From: Octopus bimaculoides
Lineage: Eukaryota
Direction: 5' to 3'
NCBI RefSeq assembly: GCF_001194135.2
Contig: NC_068984.1
Coordinates: 47,567,714 to 47,631,713 of the forward strand
Length of the DNA: 64,000 nucleotides
Position 1 is the stretch's first letter. Every line of letters starts with the position of its first letter. The position numbers and the translations under genes are program-made. Below, piece after piece: positions 1 to 10,480 of the stretch. Below the pieces are notes generated by a model, which worked only from the letters and a program-made list of their open reading frames with translations, was not told the origin of the DNA and did no database searches.

Positions 1-987
1 GTGTTTCATATCACTTTTTGTTCTTTTCATATACTGGTTAATGTTTTCAGAAACTAATAGTTTTAATTAAACAGAGGCGGAAAGCTGGCAGAGTCATCGT
101 TCGTCTTTGCGTTCTAAGTTCAAATTCCGTCTGTCATCATTTCGAGATCTATAAAACAAGGACCAGTAGAGCACTGGAGTCGGTGGAGTCGACGAACCCT
201 CTCCTCAGATGTTTCTGCCCTTGCGCCTAAATTTGAAACCAATATTTTTTCTTATACAGAAGAAGTTATTTTAAGAGATAGAGAAAAAGGGAGAGGGAGA
301 GAGGGATAAGAGAGAAAGAGGGATAAGAGAAAGAGAGACGGGTGCTAATTGAAATACCAAATAAAAACATAAAGGAACAAATTTTCGTTTTTACAAAAAA
401 TGCTTACTCCCCCACTACCACCAATATAAAAAAAATCATACACTTTCATAATATATGTATGTATATAAAGGCATCTGTTCTTGTTGAAAGTACAAATAAT
501 CAGAATGCTATATAATATGGAAAAAAAAAAGACCTAAATGGATTATAAAAATCACACGCCAAAACAAACTAGGCGGTTCTTATTCAACACTGCAACTGTT
601 TAACGATCATTATCCATAGCGTGAAGGTAACCTCATTGCTTTGAGCAACCCACAATGTCTCCCGCCTTTGAAACTGCAGCCGATCTTTTTGGTTGTTTGC
701 CAAAACGACCTCAGCTAATTTTGCAGTATCCTTCTTTACTCCACTTCTTAGCTACGATATTTTGTGAGAAGAATATCCAAGGGGAAGTAGCGATAAGATG
801 TTTCTGCGTCTGCTTGAATGGTGTTACGATTCGATATCGAGTCGATATGAATTTAATGAACACAGATTCAGTTGAGCTGTTAAATACGAAAATATTCTTA
901 TCGCTAACAGAAAAAAAAAAAAAAATGCAACCGTTACTAAGAACGACAAAGAAAATGTTTACACAAGGAAGAAAATTCGAAAATTAT

Positions 988-1178
988 ATTTATTTCTTTA
1001 TTGCACACAAGGGGCCAAACATAGAAGGAACAAACAAAGAGATTAAGTCAATTACTTCGACTCCGAAAGGATGAAAGGCAAAGTTGACCTCGGCGGAATT
1101 TGAACTCAAAACTAACCGCAGGCGAAAAACTGCTAAGCATTTCGTCCGGCGTGCTAACGATTCTGCCAACTAGCCACC
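988..1178 (-). mobile_element. SINE family B (tRNA-like head, central CTTTCATCCTTTCGGGGTCGATAAA domain), internally deleted copy
   Basis: Reverse complement reads GGTGGCTAGTTGGCAGAATCGTTAGCACGCCGG...GAGTTCAAATTCCGCCGAGGTCAACTTTGCCTTTCATCCTTTCGGAGTCG. It has A-box-like TGGCAGAATCG and B-box-like GAGTTCAAATTC motifs and matches more than 10 other copies in the window. Confidence 0.85.
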
Positions 1179-1713
1179 ATTAAATACGAAGGTTATGTCA
1201 TATTATTGAGTTGGATATAACACTAGTCGGCATTTCTTGGAGCTATCTGTCTAGGATGTGTTACTGCCACCGCCGCCATCGTCGTCGTACATTGTCTTGG
1301 TGTTACGGACATTGCTTTCTGTTTCTCTGATGCTATCTGCAGTTTAGTAGTTAAAAAAGTGCTGAAGATATAGCCAATGTTCTTGTTAGAAAAGTCACAC
1401 CAAGGATGGAGTTATTTATTAATCCGGTTCTACTATAAATGTGAATGAATGGTTACTATTTTGAAGACGTCAGCAATATTTGAGCAAATGGCGTTCGTGA
1501 TTTTTAATTGATTCTGTATCAGATATAGTTGTAAAGGTTCAATTTTTGTTTTGCAACTACAACGTATTCCTCACTGTGCACACTAGATAAATCACCTCAT
1601 AAACTATCTTTTCCATTTTACAAGGGTCACGGCCACGCACACATATACCGCAAGTGCAAAACGTCTTCGAGTGGCTTCAAATTAAAAGAGACAATGACCT
1701 TCACACTATAACA

Positions 1714-2345
1714 TCTATAATCTTGCTATAATGGGCGTTATGTCCGTCTGTTCCCTTTTCAGGGTCAAACGAGTGGACCAATGGTCACGATGTTTTTCGG
1801 GATTACGAAGGGGGTAATCAGGAAGGTTTTTAGAGAAAAAAAAAATGTGAAAAAGTATGATTATTTTATGGATATGGAGTTTTGTATTAATAAATCACCT
1901 TTGATATTTCTTGCTAAAATTCCGGCGACGAGGAATAACTCTGGATTCCCCCAACCCCCGTTATAGTTCATGAATTCAGAGGGTTTAGATTTGCGATACT
2001 ATCCCTTTATTTCTCATCGCAGATGGGAAGATTTGCTATCTTATTATAATGAGCGTTACGTCCGTCTGTCTGTCCGTCCGTCTCTTTGTCTGTTCCCTCT
2101 TCACGGCCAGATGACTGGACTAATGGTTACGATATATTTCGGGGATTACAAAGATGGTCGCCAGGAAGATTGTTGGCATTAAAAAATGAGAAAGTATGAT
2201 TATTTCGTGGATATCGATTTTTGAATTGAAAGACCACCTTCACATTTTTATTAAAAATTCACCGACCACGAGTAGCTCTGAATTTTCATCGTATACTTCG
2301 TAGCCCCATCGTAGATACGAAGGGGGACGCGAGTGCGGTTACTAG
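1714..2345 (+). mobile_element. Two tandem diverged non-autonomous Helitron/Helentron-like elements (~1714-1966 and 2039-2345)
   Basis: Both copies start TCTT(G/A)(C/T)TATAATG(G/A)GCGTTA-GTCCGTCTG and align over ~230 bp. Copy 2 begins A|TC, carries a (GTCC/GTCT)n tract, has a subterminal hairpin CTTCGTA..TACGAAG and ends CTAG (flanked by C rather than the canonical T). A similar 5' end lies near 33210. Confidence 0.5.
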
Positions 2346-2689
2346 CAAAAATAAAATGGGAAAAGTGTGTATCAGTATATTGCGTGTGTAATTATTTACT
2401 GGTTGTTGAAGTGTGTTAGTCTAGAACAAGATTCGAGACGGCTAATCATGCATATATATATATATATGCATGTGTACGTATGTCTCTCTGTGCGTGCGTG
2501 TCAGTTTCTGCGTGAGTGTATCCTTCTGTATCTATCGGTGTCTTAGAGTGCATGCGTACATTATATATATATATTTTTTTTTTTTTTCATTCCTTTGTCC
2601 AACAAAATATATTTTTTAATCCATTTTGTTGGTCTTTAGTACAAGTGGCCAGATATAGAGTTTGTTTTAACTTGTTAGCCCCTAGAATA

Positions 2690-2910
2690 AGTGTGTGCGT
2701 GTGTGTGTGTTTCTGTCCTTCCACCATTTGACAACCGGTGTTGGTTTGTATACGTCCCCGCTAATTAGTGATTCGGCAGAAAGAGATCGATAGAATAAGT
2801 ACCCGACCTAAAAGAAAATTAGTACCGGTTGAAATTGTCCGACTAAAACCCTTCAAGGTACTTCCCCAGCATCTCCGTAATCCAGTGATTCAAACAAGTA
2901 GAATATAAGA
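2690..2910 (+). mobile_element. SINE family C, 3' half
   Basis: TTGACAACCGGTGTTGG..TACGTCCCCG..GATAGAATAAGTAC..CCAGCAT..GATTCAAACAAGTA aligns to the 3' half of the family C copies at 5011 and 26111. Confidence 0.7.
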
Positions 2911-3605
2911 GATAAAACGCACTCGTGCAAGCGAAGTTAGTAATTCAGTCTAAAGTAACACCGGGTTTTATCGTTCGTACGATAAGCTATTAACAATTTC
3001 AAATCTCCGTTTCGTCGTTGCAGTCTAAATGAGAATAAGACAGAGTTACAAAGGAAGCCTGTTGAGTGCATTACATCTCGTCCTAGTACAACCGATTCGA
3101 GCTTCCGTTGAGACAGGTTCAGGCAAAACATATCATTTATAATTTTATCTTTATCGATTCACTGAATTAGACCTTCAGATTATGTCGTCGAGGACGATAA
3201 AGTCTCAGAAAATGCCCTTCACCGACATACAGAATTATACTCTGTTGAGCATTTGTACGAAAATCAAGGAAATAGTGACATCAACAGTCACTGGTTCCCT
3301 TGTGTCCTTATCTCTACCCGTCTACCATTCTCCACACTTGCGTGAACTTACCTACTCACCCATCCTTGTTTGATAATTGGTCCATATTGTCTTGTACCTT
3401 GGTTATACATCTTGTTACCTCATTTCCACCATTCGTTCGTTCTTGGCTGATGGAGTAGCCATGTATCGCCACTACAGCAAGATACCTGTTCCTATCTCAC
3501 TATCATATCTTTGTCTCACAACAACTGGCACAAAACTGCTTCCCTCAATAATGTGTTCCCGCTTTGTAAAGGGTCTCGTCATGAGAGTTGTTTGATTAGT
3601 CATTA

Positions 3606-3790
3606 GTACCGGTGCCACGAAGTAAGTACCCATACACTCTGTAAACTGGCTGGTGTTGGGAAAGGCATCCAGCCGTAGGAACCTTACCACAGCAGACATC
3701 GGAAGCCAAAGCGGCTTTCAGAAAATCGGACCTTGTCGAAACGTACAACACACGCCAGCATGGAATACGGATTTTAAATGATGACGATAA
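3606..3790 (+). mobile_element. SINE 3' fragment with V-domain-like core and GAT-type tail
   Basis: GGAAAGGCATCCAGCCGTAG resembles the V-SINE central motif as recalled. It ends CCAGCATGGAATACGGATTTTAAATGATGACGAT, like RTE-partnered SINE tails. Confidence 0.5.
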
Positions 3791-4293
3791 TTATATAAAC
3801 AAAAATTGAAACTAATTATAAATGACTAACATTAAATATATAGTGGAGGTTGACCTTTTCTAACCCCCAGTGAATTTATGAACCACCTGATCTATGATCC
3901 AAGATATTTCAGCCTTACCCATTGAAAATTTCTGTATATCAACAGTTATAATATGGAAAGAGTCTTTCCTACTTTTAAGACGGTATATCATGAGCTATAC
4001 AAGTGTGGTTTGTTCGTTTACAAGTGTATATTCGTAAGACATTAAAAATTTAATTACTGCAGTTAAACTACGGGATAGCGCATTGTTTTTCAACAAGTGT
4101 TTACCAGTGTACAATATTATCACAAGTTGTGAGAGTAAATAATAATATTTAAAATTTTACAGTTAGAATAGCTGATGTACAGCTGTAATGCAACATCTTC
4201 AGCCAAGTGTTATAACTATAGTGTATATATATATATATAGTTAATACACAGTTAATGCCCTTTAATATATATATATATATATATTTTTTTTTT

Positions 4294-4328
<35 letters not shown>

Positions 4329-5010
4329 TATATACGCAATCCAAACATACAAACACACACGCCCATACACTCCTATTCACACACACATACACGCGCACCA
4401 CACACATACACACGCACCACAAACATATTTGTGTATGCTGATTTGAATTGTCTCTGCATTCGAGAACGTGGGAGGAGCCATGGATACCTACGGCACGTTG
4501 GTTGGTGCAGCAATTTGCATATGCATGTGTGCTGTATGTGTTGCAGGAATGTTGGAAATATTGGAAATTGTGTTTGCAGCTGAAATGCAACTTTATGCAG
4601 CTGCGTTTTGCGACTTAGCAGTTTGTGTTAAGTATGCATGCGCTTGATTTATGTATCCCTATATGTATGCGTAAGCCTGCATAATTGTGTGTGTGTGGCG
4701 CGTGTATACGTGTGTATGCGTGTGTGCGCTTGTACATCTGAATGGTTAACCAGTTTGCTTCACAACCACGAGGAACAGGGTTCTATTTTTATGGCATCTT
4801 GGGCAAATGTCATTCTCTCGCCTCAGATGGACCCATAACTTAAGAGTGAAATTTGGCAGATGGAAATTGTATAAAAGCTTTTTGAGTGGTTTCTGGCTGA
4901 GAATTACAGTTGTCCATGGAATGCTCCGCCGCTTACGTGTTTACAGATGCAAGTAATTCAGTTGGTCAAATAACTAAATCCTCATCGCAGAACTCTCTCT
5001 CTCTCTCTCT

Positions 5011-5357
5011 CTTTTTACTTCTTTCAATCATTTTGACTGTGGCCATGCTGGAGGACCGCCTTTAGTCGAGCAAATCGACCCCAGGACTTATTCTTTGGAA
5101 GCCTAGTACTTATTCTATCGGTCTCTTATGCCGAACCGCTAAGTTACGGGGACGTAAACACACCAGCATCGGTTGTCAAGCGATGCTGGTGGGACAAACA
5201 CAGACACGCAAACATATACACACACATACATATATATACATATATACGGCGGGCTTCTTTCAGTTTCCGTCTACCAAATCCACTCACAAGGCTTTGGTCG
5301 GCCCGAGGCTATAGTAGAAGACACTTGCCCAAGGTGCCACGTAGTGGGACTGAACCC
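5011..5357 (-). mobile_element. SINE family C (tRNA head, CORE-like domain, internal AT/GT microsatellite), 5'-truncated
   Basis: Reverse complement contains B-box GGGTTCAGTCC, CORE-like GGCACCTTGGGCAAGTGTCTT, an internal microsatellite and the tail CCAGCATGGCCACAGTC. It matches the complete copy at 26111-26509. Confidence 0.9.
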
Positions 5358-5704
5358 AACATGATTCCAGGTTCTGTCTCACTGCGTGACACCTTGTGCA
5401 AGTGTATTCTATTATAACCTCGAGCCGACCAAAGGCCAGTTAGTGGATTATATAGAAGGATACGGAAATGTGTCTGTCGTATCTATATATGTATATCTAT
5501 ATGTGTGTGTATCTTTGTGTCAGTGTTTGCCTCATACCGCTGCTTGACAACTGGAATTAGTGTCTTTACGTTACTGTAATCTACCGGTTCGGCATAAGGG
5601 ACCGATAGAAGAAGTACCAAGGTTACAAAAGAGAGTACTGGGTCGATTCGTTCAACTAAGGTTTTTTTAAGGCGACGCCCCACAATAGCGGCATGACTGA
5701 AACA
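5358..5704 (+). mobile_element. SINE family C, older diverged copy, head-to-head with the previous copy
   Basis: ACATGATTCCAGGTTCTGTCTCACTGCGTGACACCTTGTGCAAGTGT...GGCATGACTGAAACA is collinear with the family C sense consensus. Confidence 0.8.
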
Positions 5705-5788
5705 TGAATGTGTGTGTGTATGTATATATATATATATATATGAGAGAGAAAGAGAAAGAAACAAAGAAAGAGATAAAGAGAGAGGTAC

Positions 5789-5843
<55 letters not shown>

Positions 5844-5997
5844 GAGAGAGAGAGGGAGAGCGCAAGCGAGTAAAGCGGTACGTGAGTCAGAATCTTTATG
5901 TGTGATAATTGGAATGGATGAGTGGCTAATAACTTCGCATTGCAAACATGAATTCCCTGGATCGATCCCACTGGCAGGTTTGAGAGGTAAGTTTGTA

Positions 5998-6212
5998 CGA
6001 GGGAATACTGAAAAGTTCCTGGTTTTAAGAGTATCGTGAAAGGCCTGGGTGAAGGCCAACCTACCGAGTTCTTTTACAGGCCTTGGAAAACCTGGAAGTG
6101 TACTGCAATAAATGTGTTAATCCGAGAGCAGAATATGTTGAATTAAATCATAATTAGCTGATCTTCCTTTATTTTCTTTTACCTAAAACCAGAAATTTTT
6201 TCAGCAACCCCT
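5998..6212. mobile_element. Mariner-derived MITE (~215 bp)
   Basis: TIRs CGAGGGAATACTGAAAAGTTCCTGGTTTTAAG and CCTAAAACCAGAAATTTTTTCAGCAACCCCT, flanked by TA. The interior matches the ends of the mariner at 44871-46034. Confidence 0.85.
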
Positions 6213-6824
6213 TATATTTATCATAGCCAGGGTTTGACTCTAATTTTGTGTGTGGCTTTCAGTATGCCAAAACTACGTGCAAGTCCATCGGACTGACTCT
6301 GCCGAACATTAAGGTTCAACCACGGTACACATTTTGCTAGGCTGATTCAATTTGAGAATGACGTAAATAAGTGCCTGTGTCGGTGCAATAGTCAGTCACA
6401 CACTTTAATTTCAAAGCCGGATGTTTAGTTACTCGTACAATTATTTACCCATCATTGTAACCGAAGCAGGAACCGTCATGTGTGATACACAGAACGATTG
6501 ATTTATACATATACCACAAATCTCCATAGAGTATTTCAGTACGTATGACATAAGTGCGAACATAAAAACAGGTTATATAGAACCAGTAACGTATGCTTGG
6601 CGATGTTTCTAATTTCGAGCTAAAGGTAAACGGATGGGGAAATCATTTACAATAAAAATTTAACTTAACAGTTCATATTGGAATATGACAAAAACTAACA
6701 CAAGATGGCATTTCAATAAAGATTCATTTTACAAAATTTCCAACGTCAAATATCAATACTATTTAATCAAAGAGGGAAATATTTGGAAAAATATATATGT
6801 AAAAATTATATATATATAATCGTC

Positions 6825-6985
6825 TACCTGTTTCAGTTATTAGACTGCGGCCATCTTGGGTCATGGACAAGCCTGGTAATTATTCTATCGTTCTCTTTTA
6901 CCGAAACTCTAAGTTACGAGAAAGTAAAACACCAACCCCGGTTTCAACGCTGATGAGGGACAAACATGAGCACACAGACCCTCCC
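6825..6985 (-). mobile_element. SINE family C fragment
   Basis: CTGTTTCAGTTATTAGACTGCGGCCAT..TTATTCTATCG..CTAAGTTACG..GACAAACA aligns to the family C 3' part. Confidence 0.7.
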
Positions 6986-7113
6986 CATATATATATATAT
7001 ATATATGTGTGTGTTAGAGAGAGAGAGAGAGAGAGATACTACCCCTAATATAATCAAGAGCGTGTGCCAGAAAGAATAGAGTGATTCAGAAATCCCCTTA
7101 CAAAATTAAATGG

Positions 7114-7430
7114 TACATTATTTACATTTGACGGATATTTGTCCTCATCTTGTTTGTTGTTAATACAACGTTTCGGCTGATATACTCTCCAGCCTTCATC
7201 AGGTGTCTTGGGGAAATTTCGAACCTGGGTTCTCATTCCTAAGGTATTTTTGGATGTTGTTGTTGTTGTTATTATTGTTATTATACTCAGGTCACTACTT
7301 GGAATGGAATTCGGAATCTTGGGATTAGTAGCCCGCGCTCTTAACTACTACGCCATATGACCCACGTAGTGGTTAAGAACGCGGACTACTAACCCCAAGA
7401 TTCTGAGTTCGATTACAAGCAATGGCGTGA

Positions 7431-7468
<38 letters not shown>

Positions 7469-7632
7469 TCGAAAACTATCTCAGAAAAGAGAACCCAGGT
7501 TCGAAATTTCCCCAAGACACCTGTTGAAGGCTGGAGGGTATATCAGCCGAATCGTTGTGTTAAACAAGATGACGACAAATATCCGTCAAATGTAAATAAT
7601 ATACATAATTCCTCATCTCTTAAACATGGAAC
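7114..7632. mobile_element. Family D: inverted (head-to-head) pair of tRNA-headed elements containing a hammerhead-ribozyme motif
   Basis: The left arm 7114-7359 (-) and right arm 7365-7632 (+) are reverse complements. Each has a tRNA-like head (A-box TGGCGTAGTGG, clipped to CGTAGTGG in the right arm; B-box GAGTTCGATT, degenerate in the left arm), an (AAT)n tract, a CTGATGA..GAAAC hammerhead-like motif and a 3' segment GATGAGGACAAATATCCGTCAAATGTAAATAA. Confidence 0.85.
7162..7209 (-). ncRNA. Minimal type-I hammerhead ribozyme motif (Penelope-like-element type)
   Basis: The minus strand reads GACAC-CTGATGA-A-GGCTG-GAGAGTATAT-CAGCC-GAAA-CG-TT-GTATT: intact core, 5-bp helix II, loopless palindromic ACGT helix III, and helix I with one mismatch (GTGTT in other copies gives 5 bp). 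Activity is untested. Confidence 0.6.
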
Positions 7633-7927
7633 AAAATTAAAATGATAAAAGGGACTCTTAATCCATACATTATATAGGTTATATGCTTTATTATTATTAG
7701 TGCTATTATTATTATAGACCTAAAATTTATAGGTGCTGTGTCTACTGAGTTTCATGTTCCCTTTTACCAAATTTAATATTACTTGATGTTTCAAGTATCG
7801 GGCATATTGGCTTTGACTTTTGAGTCGCCACAGTACAATCAGACTAACAAGCTTATTACTAACTTGTAGTAGTGAGTCTGAGTTGTCTTTTCTGGATTTT
7901 TATTGTACGATACGCAAGACATTTAGG

Positions 7928-8100
7928 CATTTTCATGACCCACGAAGCGCCATTGGGTATTCGGTTTCTGTAAATCAAAAAAATATATTTAAAGTAACTT
8001 GTTGAGTAAATGTTCTATGTACTCAATAGTCTAATTTAAATATTTCTTTTGATTAACAGAAACCGAATATTTATTGAGGCTTCGTGGGTCATGAACAATG
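7928..8100. repeat. Imperfect palindrome / MITE-like hairpin (~170 bp)
   Basis: TTCATGACCCACGAAGC..TATTCGGTTTCTG..ATCAAAA..TATTTAAA at 7932-7993 is the reverse complement of ~8035-8095. There is an inner stem TTGAGTA/TACTCAA. Confidence 0.85.
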
Positions 8101-9495
8101 AGTTTGTTATCAATTGATCAATTGCTGACTTTCTACGAACTTCAAGTAATACTGAGAATGGTTGGCTACCCCAGCATCCGGAATTCTGCTGCTCGTGATA
8201 CTCGAATATGCTGCAAAGGTCATGAACAATGCCCCAATCTCTCGACTAAATTACTCAAACTTAATATACTTCAAGTTAGTAATGTACAAGCAACACTTGC
8301 ATCATGTCGTTATGCTCAAGTGGAAAGCCAATACGTCCGATAGCATCACTTACAACTATGTGATCGGATTCACTGAAATCTATATGCTTAGGTCAGCAAT
8401 AACAAACCGTTTTAGCCCAGCTTGTCGAAATATTAATTTATTTAACAATCTTGTCATTGGAGTATCACATGTAAACATGTATTTTTGTTTTAGCTAGCTG
8501 CTTATTACATAATTTTTTAATAATATAATAAAGATTTCTTCACATGCCACCTAAAAACTCCAAACATGTCTTTCAGAGAGTAATTACGATTGGTCTCTAA
8601 GTAATGAACACAGATAGACGCCAAGGAGAATAGAGGAAACAATTCAATAAAGTATCTATTTAGTTGGCTGTCTGGTAGTACAAAAATTCGAATATTTGGA
8701 GTCCTAAATACCCCAATACTGCAAAATGTAAACATTATTTTTGTGCTGTGTTCTTTCCAATCTATGCTAATATAGTTAATTTTTGCAGCTAAAATTTAAT
8801 ACCAACAACAAACGCGAATAAGCATATAAGCACGCAAGATGTCCAAGGAACGGTAAAAATTCATTAAATGGTCAATGAGAAATAGCCCATTCACCGACAA
8901 TAAGGAAACCTACAGTTTGTTCACCCAAGCAGTTTAAATACCTATGATGAATAGGTCATAACACAAATATATTTATATTTTATCCAAATCATATAACTTC
9001 ATTTTTAGCGATGAAACTTTTTTCGTTGACTAAGTTTTACATTCACATTACATTTCAATTGATTGGATGTCCGACAATCATCAAATTTCGTCTTACAAAA
9101 CGAACACGTATGGAGAGCAGAGAACAAAGCAAATGAAACGTAATATAAAAATAAATATTTAGAAAAAGAACTTTCATCTCGAGAGATGATTTTAATAGCT
9201 ACAGAAATTATAATATCATTCTTTATCAGATTTTGAATTTGTAATTATCATTATTGTAATGTACTTAGTTCTATTGCTTGGTGTTAGTTTGGAAAAGTTG
9301 GGATTTTCAAGCAAAGAAGAGGCCGTATAACCTGTATTGTGTAAATTCAATTTGTGGTCGAACAGTGAAAATGCGTACAAGCATTATTGTTACCGAAAGC
9401 CCAGTCAAAGGGTTTTGATTCGTAGTTACAAACAAGCCTGAAGAAATATCAAAACGACACATAGGCAACAATTGGCATAACCAGATGCACACACA

Positions 9496-9529
<34 letters not shown>

Positions 9530-10247
9530 CTGCACATACACATACAAAACGTACCCAAACCATCACACACACTCCTCCCTCATATATGAATCCTTCACAC
9601 ACAATTTCCTCACTTCCAACCACATGCGGCCGCACGTACACACACGCAATAGATAAGTATTTATCCTTAGAATTATTGGAAGAAAATGTCAGATATCTAT
9701 CAAGAACTAATAAGTGTTACTAACGATTCCCAGGGCATTTCTTTTAATGGCTGAACCAAATGGTGAAGGGCAATATCCGTAAGCCATTTCAGTGCCGCCA
9801 ACACTGATAGCAAAGAAAGAGGAGGTGATCATCAAACCGCATATCTGACCTGACTACTGAAAACAGTCTGTGCTCCGCCGAAGGGAAGTTCCAGATCGCG
9901 GTGTTAAAGTGGAAGATGGATTAAGTTGACCAACGAAGAAAAGTTACTTTCCATGACCAGCTTCCACGCTTTGTTTTTCAACTCAGATCCATTCAGAAAG
10001 AATTAGTCGATTCAAGGCTTTGGTAGAAAATATTTGTCTCAGGCTCTGCATAGCGTGTTCGGAACTTAAGTCACATAATTTCGAATCGAAATCCTTTAAC
10101 TCATAGCCGTGTCAGGTACCTAGCTTCTATAGCTATATGAACTGAAGTAATGTAGACAAAAGCATCTTGCTTAGACAATGTAAAGCATATAAGAATTTGA
10201 AATCATAATCTTGGATTTAGTTGGTCAATATCTTACCTACAATTTAT

Positions 10248-10480
10248 TAGCACGCCGGGCATTTTGTTTCTTTTTATGTTCCGGGTTCAGATTCCACCGT
10301 GGTCGATTTTGCTTTCTGTCTTTGAGGGTTCAATAAAACAAATACCAGTTGAGCACTGGGATCGATAAAATAAATTTCAGTTGAACACTGGGATCGATAA
10401 AATAATTACCAGTTGAACTTTGGGGTCGATGTAATCGACTTATCACTTTTCTAAAATTGCAGACCTTTTACCAAAAGTTG
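10248..10480 (+). mobile_element. SINE family B copy with internal triplication
   Basis: TTAGCACGCCGGGC..GGTTCAGATTCCACCGTGGTCGATTTTGC, then three ~32-bp units CAGTTGA(G/A)CACTGGGATCGATAAAATAA. Confidence 0.75.

Noticed and set aside
655-1074. 139-aa ORF
   Set aside because: It runs through a poly-A tract and an antisense SINE, with no recognisable domain.
8162-8497. 111-aa ORF with TTG start, and the opposite-strand frame DFSESDHIVVSDAIGRIGFPLEH
   Set aside because: No recognisable family or convincing splice context. The RT-like look of DFS.. is not followed by other RT motifs.
10345-10440. Short direct repeats as a CRISPR array (also 37915-38045)
   Set aside because: No unique spacers, eukaryotic context, and no cas genes.
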